Shown piece after piece: positions 1 through 9,716 of a DNA stretch of 64,000 nt. Each line of letters starts with the position of its first letter. The first letter of the stretch is position 1. The notes beneath the pieces were generated by a model. The model was not told the origin of the DNA. It was given only the letters and a program-made list of their open reading frames with translations, and made no database searches. The position numbers were made by a program, and so were the translations under genes. The stretch is from Pseudonocardia sp. (GTDB lineage Bacteria > Actinomycetota > Actinomycetes > Mycobacteriales > Pseudonocardiaceae): contig DATLGI010000138.1 in the NCBI GenBank assembly GCA_035540535.1, positions 6,924 through 70,923 of the forward strand, in the 5' to 3' direction.

Positions 1-1100
1 CCGATCCCGACCGGGGCGCCCTGCTGGTGCACGGGCACCTCGACGTGGTCCCGGCCGACCCTTCGGAGTGGTCGGTGCACCCGTTCTCCGGCGCCGTGCA
101 GGACGGCTACGTGTGGGGCCGCGGCGCGGTGGACATGAAGGACATGGTGGCGATGACGATCGCGGTCGCGCGCCGGTTCAAGCGCGACGGCACGGTCCCG
201 CCGCGCGACCTCGTGTTCGCCTTCGTCGCCGACGAGGAGGCGGGCGGCAGGTTCGGCGCCCAGTGGCTGGTCCAGCACCGGCCCGAGCTGTTCGACGGCT
301 GCACCGAGGCCGTCGGCGAGGTCGGCGGTTTCTCGCTGACCCTGGGCGAGGAGCAGCGGGTCTACCTGATCGAGTCCGCGGAGAAGGGCATCGCGTGGAT
401 GCGGCTGCGCGCCCGCGGCAAGCCGGGCCACGGCTCGTTCCTGCACGAGGACAACGCGGTGACCAAGATCGCCGAGGTGGTGGCGCGGCTCGGCAACCAC
501 ACGTTCCCGCTGGTGCTCACCGACACCGTCCGCGCGTTCCTGGAGCAGATCTCCGCGCTCACCGGCCTGGAGTTCGGAGAGAACGACCTGGACGGCTCGC
601 TGCGCAAGCTCGGCCCCCTCGCCCGCATCGTCGGGGCCACTGTGCGCGACACCGCCAACCCGACCATGCTCTCGGCGGGCTACAAGGCCAACGTCATCCC
701 GTCGTCGGCCGAGGCGGTGGTCGACTGCCGGGTGCTGCCCGGGCGGGAGGAGGCGTTCCTGCGCGAGGTCGACGACCTGCTCGGCCCGGACGTCACCCGC
801 GAGTGGGTGACGAACCTGCCGCCGGTGGAGACGCCCTTCGGCGGCCCGCTGGTGGACGCCATGGCCGCGGCCCTGGCCACCGAGGACCCGGGTGCGAAGA
901 TCGTGCCGTACATGCTCTCGGGCGGCACCGACGCGAAGCACTTCGCCGAGCTGGGCATGCGCTGCTACGGCTTCGCGCCGCTGCGGCTGCCGCCGGACCT
1001 GGACTTCGCCTCGCTGTTCCACGGCATCGACGAGCGCGTGCCCGTCGACGCGCTGACCTTCGGCACCCGGGTGCTGGAGACCTTCCTGAGGAGCTGCTGA
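1..1100 (+). CDS. M20/M25/M40 family metallo-hydrolase (dipeptidase/desuccinylase-like); 5' end lies outside the window
   Basis: ORF 27..1100 stays open in frame back to the window edge. It has the HGHLDVVPA and GRGAVDMKD metal-site motifs. Confidence 0.8.
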   Translation, partial: DPDRGALLVHGHLDVVPADPSEWSVHPFSGAVQDGYVWGRGAVDMKDMVAMTIAVARRFKRDGTVPPRDLVFAFVADEEAGGRFGAQWLVQHRPELFDGCTEAVGEVGGFSLTLGEEQRVYLIESAEKGIAWMRLRARGKPGHGSFLHEDNAVTKIAEVVARLGNHTFPLVLTDTVRAFLEQISALTGLEFGENDLDGSLRKLGPLARIVGATVRDTANPTMLSAGYKANVIPSSAEAVVDCRVLPGREEAFLREVDDLLGPDVTREWVTNLPPVETPFGGPLVDAMAAALATEDPGAKIVPYMLSGGTDAKHFAELGMRCYGFAPLRLPPDLDFASLFHGIDERVPVDALTFGTRVLETFLRSC

Positions 1101-1870
1101 TGGATCTCGGCGGGCAGGCTGCGCTGGTCACCGGCGGGGCGTCGGGGATCGGCGCCGCGGCGGTGCGCCGGCTCGTGGCGGCCGGCGCCGTCGTCGCGAT
1201 CTCCGACCGCGACGAGGCGGGCGCGCGGGCGCTCGCCGAGGAGGTCGGCGGGCTGGCGCTGCCCGGTGACGTCGCCGACCCGGACACGATGGCGATGGCG
1301 GTCGACGTGGCCGAGGACAGCCTCGGCCGGCTGAACGTCGTGCTGCTCAACGCCGGGATCACCTCGGGGCAGTCGGGCGTGGAGGCCCTCGACCTCACCG
1401 GCTACCGGCGGATCATGGGCGTGAACGTCGACCACGTGGTCTTCGGGCTCACCGCGGCCGTGCCCGCGCTGCGCCGGGCCGGCGGCGGCACGGTGATCGC
1501 GACGGCGTCGCTCGCCGGGCTGGTGCCGATGCCAGGTGACGCCCTCTACACGCTCACCAAGCACGCCGTCGTCGGTTACGTGCGCGCGGCGGCCCCGGTG
1601 CTCGCGGCGGAGGGCATCCGGGTCTGCGCGGTCTGCCCCGGCTTCGCCGACACCCCGCTGATCGCGCACGCCAAGGCGCGGTTCGGCGATTTCCCGCTGC
1701 TCACCGCGGACGACGTCGTCGACGCCGTCGAGGGGATCCTCGAGCGCGGCGCGGCCGGCGAGTGCTGGTTCGTGCAGCCGGGCCGCGAGCCCGGGCCGTA
1801 CGGGTTCCGCGGAGCCCCCGGACCGAGGGGCGGCACCCCCCCGCCTCCCGTCACCTGGAAGGACCACTAG
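1100..1870 (+). CDS. SDR family oxidoreductase
   Basis: Lies in the frame of ORF 68..1870. The ATG at 1100 overlaps the upstream stop (ATGA). Motifs: TGGASGIG Rossmann, LNAG, and the YTLTK catalytic YxxxK. Confidence 0.85.
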   Translation: MDLGGQAALVTGGASGIGAAAVRRLVAAGAVVAISDRDEAGARALAEEVGGLALPGDVADPDTMAMAVDVAEDSLGRLNVVLLNAGITSGQSGVEALDLTGYRRIMGVNVDHVVFGLTAAVPALRRAGGGTVIATASLAGLVPMPGDALYTLTKHAVVGYVRAAAPVLAAEGIRVCAVCPGFADTPLIAHAKARFGDFPLLTADDVVDAVEGILERGAAGECWFVQPGREPGPYGFRGAPGPRGGTPPPPVTWKDH

Positions 1871-2860
1871 ATGCGGGGCTGGCAGGTACACGAGCTCGGC
1901 GACCCGGCCGACGTCCTGACCTGGCACGACGACCTGCCCGACCCCGAGCCCGGGTCGGGGCAGGTGCTGGTGCGGGTGCAGGCGGTGGCGTGCAACTTCC
2001 CGGACATCCTGGTGTGCCAGGGCAGGTACCAGGAGCGCCCGCCGCTGCCGTTCACGCCGGGGATGGAGATCGCCGGCGAGGTCGTCGCGGCGGGGGAGGG
2101 GGCGCGGGCCGCGGTCGGTGACCGGGTGATCGGGACGCCGCCGATGAGCGAGGGCCGCGGCGGGTTCGCCGAGCTCGCCGTCCTCGACGCCGACGCCACC
2201 CTGCCCTGGCCGGACGGCATGAGCGCCGCCCAGGCCGCGGGCATGTTCATCGCCTACCAGACCGGCTACTGCGCGCTGCACCACCGCGGCCGGCTGCGCG
2301 AGGGCGAGACGCTGCTCGTGCACGCGGCCGCGGGCGGGGTCGGCAGCGCCGCGGTGCAGCTCGGCAAGGCCGCGGGCGCCAGGGTCATCGGCACCGCGGG
2401 CGGGCCCGAGAAGTGCGCGCTGGCGACGGAGCTCGGCGCGGACGACGTGGTGGACTACGCGAGCGAGGACATCGTCGCGCGGGTCAAGGAGCTCACCGGC
2501 GGCCGTGGCGCCGACGTGATCTTCGATCCGGTCAACGGCGACGTGTTCGACGCCTCCCGCCGGGTCGTCGCGTTCGAGGGTCGCATCCTGGTCATCGGGT
2601 TCGTCGCCGGCCGGTTCGCCGAGGCACCGACGAACCACGTCCTCGTCAAGAACTACGAGGTCGTGGGCGTGCACTGGGGCTTCTACCGGAAGATGGACCC
2701 GCAGCGGATCCCGCAGTGGCAGGACGCGCTGAACGAGCTGTGGGCCCAGCGGCTCATCGACCCGCTGGTCGGCGTCGAGCTGCCGCTGGACCAGGCGCCG
2801 GAGGCACTGCGCCGGCTCGGCTCGCGCGGCACCACCGGCAAGGTCGTGCTGACGCCGTAG
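1871..2860 (+). CDS. NADPH:quinone oxidoreductase / zinc-type MDR family oxidoreductase
   Basis: ORF 1871..2860 carries PFTPGMEIAGEV and the AAGGVGSAAVQLGK nucleotide-binding motif. Confidence 0.85.
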   Translation: MRGWQVHELGDPADVLTWHDDLPDPEPGSGQVLVRVQAVACNFPDILVCQGRYQERPPLPFTPGMEIAGEVVAAGEGARAAVGDRVIGTPPMSEGRGGFAELAVLDADATLPWPDGMSAAQAAGMFIAYQTGYCALHHRGRLREGETLLVHAAAGGVGSAAVQLGKAAGARVIGTAGGPEKCALATELGADDVVDYASEDIVARVKELTGGRGADVIFDPVNGDVFDASRRVVAFEGRILVIGFVAGRFAEAPTNHVLVKNYEVVGVHWGFYRKMDPQRIPQWQDALNELWAQRLIDPLVGVELPLDQAPEALRRLGSRGTTGKVVLTP

Positions 2861-2869
2861 GGGTCAGGG

Positions 2870-3148
2870 TCAGATCGAGAGTTCGGGGAGCATCCGCGAC
2901 GAGCGGCGGCGGCGCAGCCACACCTTGCGCACGCCGCCGGGATAGAGCCGGACGCGGGAAAGCTCCCAACCGCCGAACTCGGCCTGGATCGCGAGTCGTA
3001 CCGCCGCCGTCATCCGGGAGACGTCCCCGGGCAATCTGACGGGGCGGTACTCCCACTCCCCGTCGGCGTCCCCCTCGATCGTGCCGGTTGCGGTGCTGCG
3101 CTCCACCGGCTCACCTCCCGTGAACGGCAGACGAATTCCTGCCACCAT
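2870..3148 (-). CDS. small conserved actinobacterial protein (DUF5703-like)
   Basis: This is the C-terminal part of ORF 2870..3778, starting at the internal Met (MVAGIRLPF...). The tail EWEYRPVRLP...AEFGGWELSRVRLYPGGVRKVWLRR resembles the small protein usually found near uppP. Confidence 0.55.
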   Translation of the reverse strand: MVAGIRLPFTGGEPVERSTATGTIEGDADGEWEYRPVRLPGDVSRMTAAVRLAIQAEFGGWELSRVRLYPGGVRKVWLRRRRSSRMLPELSI

Positions 3149-3186
3149 AAGGCCGCCCCGGCCCCTCGGCCAGGCCCCGACCGCAC

Positions 3187-4122
3187 CTAGTCCGCGCTGA
3201 CGTCGTCGAGTGCCGCGCGGATCTCCGGAGGCAGGCTCACCGACTCCGCCCCGAGGGACGCGGCCAGCTGCGCCGCGTCCCGGGCCCCGACGACCGCCGC
3301 GGCCACGCCGGGCGCGTCGCGGACCCAGGCCAGCGCGACGGCGAGCGGGGAGGTGCCCAGACCGTCCGCGGCGGTCATCACCGCCTGCACGATCCGGGCC
3401 GAGCGCTCCCCCCGGCGGGCGTCGACGTACGGCGCGTGCGCGGGGGACGCGCCGCGGGAGTCGGCCGGCGTGCCGCCCGCGTACTTCCCGGTCAGCACGC
3501 CCCGGCCGAGCGGGGCCCACGCCAGCAGGCCCAGGCCGTGGTGCGCGGCGGCGGGCAGCAGGTCGGCCTCGGCGGCCCGGGCCAGCAGCGAGTACTCGGC
3601 CTGCACCGCCACCGGTGTGCGGCCGGCCCCGCGCGCCCGCTCGGCGACGGTCGCGAGCTGCCAGCCGGCCGGCGCGACCAGGCCGGTGTAGCGGGCGCGG
3701 CCGGAGTCGGCGGCGTGACGGGCGGCGTCGAGCGTCTCGTCCAGCGGCACGTCCGGATCCCAGCCGGGGAGCAACCACAGGTCGAGGTGGTCGGTGCCGA
3801 GCCGGACCAGCGCGGAGTCGAGCCCGCCGAGCAGGGCGGCGCGGCCGGCGCCGCCGCCGTGCGCCCCGAACTCCTCGACGCAGCGGGCGGCGAGCACCAC
3901 GTCACGGCGGTTCACGGTGCCCCGCAGGAGGCCGCCGAGCACCTGCTGGGCCGCGCCGCCGCCGTAGGCGTCCGCGGTCTCGACGAGGGTGCCGCCGGCG
4001 TCGACGAACGCGGTCAGCTGGGCCGCGGCACCGGGTGGATCGGTCTGGTCGCCCCAGCCCATTGTGCCCAGGCCGAGCCGCGACACCCGGAGCCCGCTCG
4101 CGCCCACCCGTCGTCGCCGCAC
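3187..4122 (-). CDS. aldo/keto reductase
   Basis: ORF 3187..4122 has an [10 protein letters not shown]-terminus and the typical AKR length and pattern. Confidence 0.85.
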   Translation of the reverse strand: MRRRRVGASGLRVSRLGLGTMGWGDQTDPPGAAAQLTAFVDAGGTLVETADAYGGGAAQQVLGGLLRGTVNRRDVVLAARCVEEFGAHGGGAGRAALLGGLDSALVRLGTDHLDLWLLPGWDPDVPLDETLDAARHAADSGRARYTGLVAPAGWQLATVAERARGAGRTPVAVQAEYSLLARAAEADLLPAAAHHGLGLLAWAPLGRGVLTGKYAGGTPADSRGASPAHAPYVDARRGERSARIVQAVMTAADGLGTSPLAVALAWVRDAPGVAAAVVGARDAAQLAASLGAESVSLPPEIRAALDDVSAD

Positions 4123-4226
4123 GGGGGCCGAGCCTATGCGGAGGGTCGCCGGACCCGGCAGGTACGGTCGCTGCCCGTGACCGCTCCCCGCGACACCCCC
4201 GGCCCGTCGGCGCGGGACCGGCGCCG

Positions 4227-5048
4227 GTGAGCTGGCTGGAGGTCCTCGTCCTCGGCCTGGTGCAGGGCCTCACCGAGTTCCTGCCGATCTCGTCGTCGGC
4301 GCACCTGCGCATCACGTCGGAGGTGTTCTTCGGCCGCGACGCCGGGGCGGCGTTCACCGCGGTGACGCAGCTCGGCACCGAGGCGGCCGTGCTCGTGTAC
4401 TTCGCGCGCGACATCGGCCGGCTCGTCGCGGTGTGGTTGCGCGGCTTCCGCGACGCCTCCGTGCGCACCACGCCCGACTACCGGCTCGCCTGGCTGGTGA
4501 TCGTCGGCACGATCCCGATCGGGGTCCTCGGTGTGCTGTTCGAGACCCAGATCCAGACCGTGGCCCGCAACCTCTGGCTCATCGCCACCACGCTCGTCGT
4601 GTTCGGGCTGCTGCTCGGCCTGGCCGAGCGCGTCGGCCGGCAGCACCGGCCGCTCGAGCAGATGACGGTGGGCCAGGGCGTCGCCCTGGGGTTCGCACAG
4701 GCCATGGCGCTCATCCCCGGGGTGTCGCGATCCGGCGGCACGATCACCGTCGGGCTGTTCCTCGGCTTCCGGCGCGCCGCGGCCGTCCGTTACTCGTTCC
4801 TGCTGGCGATCCCCGCCGTCGTCGCGTCCGGGCTGTTCCAGCTTCCCGACGTGTTCGCCGGCGACGGGCCGAGCGGGCCGCAGATGGCCGTCGCCACCCT
4901 GCTCGCCTTCCTCGTGGGGTACGCCGCGATCGCCTGGCTGCTGCGCTACGTCGAGCGGCACACGGTCTACGTCTTCGTCTGGTACCGGGTCGCGCTCGGG
5001 CTGGTCCTGTTCCTCGCGCTGGGCGCAGGCTGGATCGCGGCCGGCTGA
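4227..5048 (+). CDS. uppP: undecaprenyl-diphosphate phosphatase
   Basis: GTG at 4227 in the frame of ORF 3210..5048. It has the [18 protein letters not shown] and PGVSRSGGT BacA motifs and is a multi-pass membrane protein. Confidence 0.9.
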   Translation: MSWLEVLVLGLVQGLTEFLPISSSAHLRITSEVFFGRDAGAAFTAVTQLGTEAAVLVYFARDIGRLVAVWLRGFRDASVRTTPDYRLAWLVIVGTIPIGVLGVLFETQIQTVARNLWLIATTLVVFGLLLGLAERVGRQHRPLEQMTVGQGVALGFAQAMALIPGVSRSGGTITVGLFLGFRRAAAVRYSFLLAIPAVVASGLFQLPDVFAGDGPSGPQMAVATLLAFLVGYAAIAWLLRYVERHTVYVFVWYRVALGLVLFLALGAGWIAAG

Positions 5049-5075
5049 CCCGGCCCCGCCCGCGCACGTAGGCTC

Positions 5076-5786
5076 GTGATCGTGACGACCCTGATCCTCC
5101 TGCGGCACGGACGGTCGTCGGCGAACGCCGCCGGCGTGCTCGCCGGGCGCACCGCCGGCGTGGACCTCGACGACGCCGGGCGGGCACAGGCCGCGACCGT
5201 GGTGCAGCGGCTGGCGGGGGTGCCGCTGGCCGGGATCGTCTGCTCGCCGCTGCAGCGGTGCGCGCAGACCGTGGCGCCGCTGGCGGCCGAGCGCGGGTTG
5301 CAGCCGGTGACCGAACCCGATCTCGCCGAGGTCGACTACGGGTCCTGGACCGGTGGGTCGCTCAAGACCCTGGCCAAGGAGAAGCTCTGGCGGGTGGTGC
5401 AGGCACACCCGTCGGCCGCGGTGTTCCCCGACGGCGAGGGGCTGGCTGCGATGCAGGCCCGCGCCGTCGCGGCCGTGCGCAGGCACGCCGAGCGGATCGG
5501 CGCCGAGCACGGCCCGCAGGCGGTGTGGCTGGCCTGCAGCCATGGCGACGTCATCAAGGCCGTCCTCGCCGACGCCCTGGCCACGCACCTGGACAACTTC
5601 CAGCGCATCATGGTGGACACCGCGTCGATCAGCGTCGTGCACTACACCGAGACCCGCCCGTTCGTGGCCCGCGTCAACGACCTCGGCGGGGACAAGTCCG
5701 GGCTGATCCCGCCGAAGCGGCGCGGCCGCCGGCGCGCCGCCCGCAGCTCGGACGCCGTCGTCGGCGGGAACACCGGGGTCGCCTGA
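5076..5786 (+). CDS. histidine phosphatase family protein (phosphoglycerate-mutase-like)
   Basis: ORF 5076..5786 has the LLRHGRS catalytic RHG motif. Confidence 0.8.
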   Translation: MIVTTLILLRHGRSSANAAGVLAGRTAGVDLDDAGRAQAATVVQRLAGVPLAGIVCSPLQRCAQTVAPLAAERGLQPVTEPDLAEVDYGSWTGGSLKTLAKEKLWRVVQAHPSAAVFPDGEGLAAMQARAVAAVRRHAERIGAEHGPQAVWLACSHGDVIKAVLADALATHLDNFQRIMVDTASISVVHYTETRPFVARVNDLGGDKSGLIPPKRRGRRRAARSSDAVVGGNTGVA

Positions 5787-5836
5787 CCGTCGCGGGTTCG
5801 CCGCGTGGCGCTCGGACGGTTACCCTCGACGACGTC

Positions 5837-6412
5837 ATGTCTCGCGTCATCCATGTCTTCCGCCAGCCCGAGCGCTTCGTCGCCGGGACCGTCGGCGAGC
5901 CCGGGGACCGCTCGTTCTACCTGCAGGCGATCGAGGAGGCCCGCATCGTGAGCGTGCTGCTGGAGAAGCAGCAGGTGTCGGTGCTGGCCGAGCGGATCGC
6001 CGCGCTGCTCGCCGAGGTCACCCGCCGGTTCGGCCCGGAGCTGCCGCCCGAGCCCGGCCCGGACGCCGACGCCGAACCGCTCGCCGTGCCGCTGGAGGAG
6101 GAGTTCCGGGTCGGCACGATGGGCCTGGGGTGGGACGCGGAGTCGCGATCCATCGTGGTGGAACTGCTCGCGGTCACCGAGGAGGAGGTCGACGAGTCCG
6201 TCGTGCTCGACGACACCGAGGAGGGCCCCGACGCGCTGCGCGTGTTCCTCTCGCCGATGCAGGCGAAGGCGTTCGCGGAGCGGGCCGAGCGGGTGGTCTC
6301 CGCGGGACGTCCGCCGTGCCCGCTGTGCGCGGCCCCGCTGGACCCCGAGGGGCACGTCTGCGCGCGGCTCAACGGGTACCACCAGAGGTCCCCGGTTCCG
6401 GACGCGGACTGA
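5837..6412 (+). CDS. DUF3090 family protein
   Basis: ATG at 5837 in the frame of ORF 5258..6412. It has a C-terminal CPLC...GHVC Cys/His cluster and sits in conserved synteny after the histidine phosphatase. Confidence 0.7.
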   Translation: MSRVIHVFRQPERFVAGTVGEPGDRSFYLQAIEEARIVSVLLEKQQVSVLAERIAALLAEVTRRFGPELPPEPGPDADAEPLAVPLEEEFRVGTMGLGWDAESRSIVVELLAVTEEEVDESVVLDDTEEGPDALRVFLSPMQAKAFAERAERVVSAGRPPCPLCAAPLDPEGHVCARLNGYHQRSPVPDAD

Positions 6413-6423
6413 CGCGCCTTCCC

Positions 6424-7218
6424 GTGGACCCTTCCGACCCGGCGGTGCCGGGACTGCTCCGGCGTGGCCGCATGGAGGTCACCGGCCGGCTCGTCGACGC
6501 GTCGAACACGACGTTGTACGGCACCGTCTCCGCCGACGGCGTGGATCTGCAGTGCGTCTACAAGCCCGTCCGCGGCGAGCGCCCGCTGTGGGACTTCCCC
6601 GACGGCACGCTGGCCGGGCGGGAGGTCGCCGCGTACCTGGTGTCCGAGGCGGGCGGGTTCGGCGTGGTGCCGCCGACGGTGCTGCGCGACGGGCCGTTCG
6701 GGCCGGGCATGGTGCAGGCCTGGGTGGACATCGACGACGAGCGCGAGCTCGTGGACGTGTGCGCACCGTCGGAGGTCACGCCCGGGTGGTGCGGGGTGCT
6801 GCGGGCCCGCGACGGCTACGGTGAGCTCGCGGTGCTCGTGCACGCCGACACCCCCGAGCTGCGGGCGATGGCGGCGTTCGACGTCGTCGCGAACAACGCC
6901 GACCGCAAGGGCGGGCACGTGCTCGCCGGCGTCGACGGGCGCACGTACGGCGTGGACCACGGCCTGTGCCTGCACGTGGAGGACAAGCTGCGCACCGTGC
7001 TGTGGGGATGGGTCGGCAAGCCGCTGCCCGCGGAGGTGTGCGCGATGCTGGGACGGCTGCGGGCGGCCCTCGACGCCGGGGTCGGCGAGGAGATCGGCGA
7101 GCACATCACCCGACGCGAGGTGAAGGCGCTGGCGAACCGGGTGGCCGGGCTGCTCGAGGAGGGGCGCTATCCCGAGCCGTCCGGCTACGGTCCCGCGATC
7201 CCCTGGCCGGCCTTCTGA
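6424..7218 (+). CDS. SCO1664 family protein (PI3/PI4-kinase-like fold)
   Basis: Lies in the frame of ORF 6130..7218. The start is GTG 6424 or ATG 6472. It has the VYKPVRGERPLWDFP and NNADRKGGH motifs. Confidence 0.7.
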   Translation: MDPSDPAVPGLLRRGRMEVTGRLVDASNTTLYGTVSADGVDLQCVYKPVRGERPLWDFPDGTLAGREVAAYLVSEAGGFGVVPPTVLRDGPFGPGMVQAWVDIDDERELVDVCAPSEVTPGWCGVLRARDGYGELAVLVHADTPELRAMAAFDVVANNADRKGGHVLAGVDGRTYGVDHGLCLHVEDKLRTVLWGWVGKPLPAEVCAMLGRLRAALDAGVGEEIGEHITRREVKALANRVAGLLEEGRYPEPSGYGPAIPWPAF

Positions 7219-7331
7219 CCCACCCGCGAGTCGCGGTCCACCCGTGCCGGGTCGGGCCGGAACCGTGCTCGAACCGGCGCGCGCAAGGCGCGACCCGGGC
7301 CCCCCGGCGCCCGGGGTGGCAGCATGGCGCC

Positions 7332-8165
7332 GTGGCTGCCGCGACCGCGTTCGTCCTGGGCGGTGGCGGGCTGCTGGGTGCCGTGCAGATCGGGATGCTG
7401 CACGCGCTGCTCGACGCGGGGATCGCACCGGACCTGGTGCTCGGCACGTCGGTCGGCGCCATCAACGGCCTGGTCCTCGCGGCGCTGCCGGCCGCCGAGG
7501 TCCCCGGCCGGTTGGACGCGCTGTGGCGGTCCCCGGCCGCGCGCGAGGTCTTCGCCGCCGGGCCGGTGCGGCGGCTGCGCGAGGTGGCCCGCACCGGCGT
7601 CGCGGCGCACTCGCCGGCGCCGCTGCGCCGGCTGCTGCGCGACGAGGTCGGCGACACGCGCATCGAGGACCTGCCGGTCGCCTTCCAGTGCTGCGCCGCC
7701 AGCATCGAGGACGCCGCCGAGCACTGGTTCAGCGGTGGGTCCGCGGTCGAGGCGGTGCTGGCCTCCACCGCCGTGCCGGGCCTCCTGCCGCCGGCCCGGA
7801 TCGGGAACCGGCACTTCCTCGACGGCGGTCTGGTGCACAGCATCCCGCTGGGCCGCGCGGTGGAGCTGGGGGCGCGACGGGTGTTCGTCCTGCAGGTCGG
7901 CCGGGTCGAGCAGCCGCTGCGGCCGCCGCGGCGGCCGTGGGAGGTCGGCGTCGTCGCGTTCGAGATCGCGCGCCGCCACCGGTTCGCGCGCGACCTCGCG
8001 AGCGTCCCCCGCGGCATCGAGGTGCACGTCCTGCCGGCCGGTGAGGGCGCCGCACCGCGCTGGGACTCCCGGGCGGCCCTGCGGTACCGCGACGTCGGCG
8101 GCATCGGACGGCGCATCGACGTCGCCCGCGCCGCGACGGCCGCCTACCTGGACGCGCTGGCGTGA
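7332..8165 (+). CDS. patatin-like phospholipase
   Basis: GTG at 7332 in the frame of ORF 6966..8165. It has the LGGGGLLG oxyanion motif, the GTSVG serine nucleophile box and a DGG motif. Confidence 0.85.
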   Translation: MAAATAFVLGGGGLLGAVQIGMLHALLDAGIAPDLVLGTSVGAINGLVLAALPAAEVPGRLDALWRSPAAREVFAAGPVRRLREVARTGVAAHSPAPLRRLLRDEVGDTRIEDLPVAFQCCAASIEDAAEHWFSGGSAVEAVLASTAVPGLLPPARIGNRHFLDGGLVHSIPLGRAVELGARRVFVLQVGRVEQPLRPPRRPWEVGVVAFEIARRHRFARDLASVPRGIEVHVLPAGEGAAPRWDSRAALRYRDVGGIGRRIDVARAATAAYLDALA

Positions 8166-8294
8166 GCCGGACGGCCCACCCGCACCCGAGTGCGGCCCAC
8201 GCCGCCGGCGGCGCCCGAGACCGCCGGAGCCGGGAGGTCCGCGCGACCGGTGACGCAAACACCCCGAACTGGGCGATCATGGATCGGAGCTGAC

Positions 8295-9296
8295 GTGACC
8301 GTGCCCCCGCGCCACGTGCGGCGAGCCGTGCTGGCCCCGCTGGTGCTGCTGCTCACCGGCGCGCTGCTGACCACCCTGCCGCTGTGGCTGCTGCTCGCGG
8401 CACTCGTCTCGCCGCTCCTGCCCGGGCGCCTGCGCGCGCTGCGGGTGCTCTGGGTCGTCGTGGTGGCGATGGTGCTGGAGAGCGTCGCGCTCGTGGCACT
8501 GTTCGCCCTGTGGGTGGCCGCCGGGTTCGGCGCGGCGGTGCGGACGCCGGCGTTCCAGCTGCTCCACTACCGCCTCGTCGGGCTCTACCTGCGGGTCCTG
8601 TACGCGGAGGCGGCCCGGGTGCTACGGCTGCGGGTGGAGGTCGAGGGCCCGGACCCCGACGAGTACCTCGACCGCCCGCTGCTCGTGTTCTGCCGCCACG
8701 CCGGTCCCGGTGACTCAATCCTGCTGATGCACGCGCTGGTCAACTGGTACGCCCGCGAGCCGCGGATCGTGCTCGCCGGCGAGCTGCAGTGGGCGCCGGC
8801 GATCGACGTCGTGCTCAACCGGCTGCCGAACCGCTTCCTCTCCGGCAGCGGGGACGACGTGGAGCGGCGGATCGGCGAGCTCGCCACCGCGCTCGACGGC
8901 GACGACGCCTTCGTGATCTTCCCCGAGGGCGGCAACTTCACCGAGCGACGCCGGCTCGCCGCGATCGGGCGCCTGCGCGCGCGGGGGTTCGAGGACATGG
9001 CGCGGCGTTCGGAGAACATGCGCCACGTGCTGGCGCCGCGGCCCGGTGGCGTCGCCGCGGCGCTGGCGGCGGCGCCCGAGGCGGACGTGGTGTGGGTGGC
9101 GCACGCGGGCCTGGACCACCTGTTCACCGTCGCCGACATCTGGCGGGAGCTGCCGCTGGACGGCACGGTCCGGATGCGCTGGTGGCGGGTGCCGAGCGCG
9201 GAGGTGCCCCGCGGCCGCGACGAGCAGGTCGACTGGTTGTACGGCTGGTGGGAGAAGATCGACGGCTGGGTCGACGGCACGCGGGAGAGCCGGTGA
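8295..9296 (+). CDS. lysophospholipid (1-acyl-glycerol-3-phosphate type) acyltransferase, membrane anchored
   Basis: GTG at 8295 in the frame of ORF 8190..9296. It has N-terminal TM helices, an H(x)4D motif (CRHAGPGD) and an FPEGGNFT motif. Confidence 0.75.
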   Translation: MTVPPRHVRRAVLAPLVLLLTGALLTTLPLWLLLAALVSPLLPGRLRALRVLWVVVVAMVLESVALVALFALWVAAGFGAAVRTPAFQLLHYRLVGLYLRVLYAEAARVLRLRVEVEGPDPDEYLDRPLLVFCRHAGPGDSILLMHALVNWYAREPRIVLAGELQWAPAIDVVLNRLPNRFLSGSGDDVERRIGELATALDGDDAFVIFPEGGNFTERRRLAAIGRLRARGFEDMARRSENMRHVLAPRPGGVAAALAAAPEADVVWVAHAGLDHLFTVADIWRELPLDGTVRMRWWRVPSAEVPRGRDEQVDWLYGWWEKIDGWVDGTRESR

Positions 9297-9350
9297 CGCG
9301 ACCGCTCGACGCGACCGCCGCCGCCCTGCTCGCCGGCCGTCGCGGGCGGG

Positions 9351-9635
9351 TCAGCCGCCCTGCAGCCTGAACTCCGTGTCCAGCCGGGCGGCGAGCTGCT
9401 CGAGCAGCTCCCCGGTCGGCGCGTCCCCGCCGTGCTCGGCGAGCAGCTCGCGCCGGGAGGCGACGACGATCCCGGTCGGCTCCGCGGCCACCCGGGCCCG
9501 TCCCTCCTCGACGACGAGCAGGGGATCGGGCAGGTCCGAGGCGAACAGCTCGCGCAGCGCTGTGGTGCTGATGGTCACCCGGCTCGCATACCCGGGGGTG
9601 CCGGGGCCCATGCCCGCCGCGCCCCTGGCATGCAC
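9351..9635 (-). CDS. hypothetical small protein
   Basis: ORF 9351..9635 has non-shadow-like composition in its C-terminal two thirds. I recognise no motif. Confidence 0.35.
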   Translation of the reverse strand: MHARGAAGMGPGTPGYASRVTISTTALRELFASDLPDPLLVVEEGRARVAAEPTGIVVASRRELLAEHGGDAPTGELLEQLAARLDTEFRLQGG

Positions 9636-9716
9636 GGTGGCAGCGTCACCGGCGGCGGCAGCGCGTGATCGGTAACGTCGCCGGCGGCGGACGTCTCACC
9701 GGAGCGGGGGAGCGGG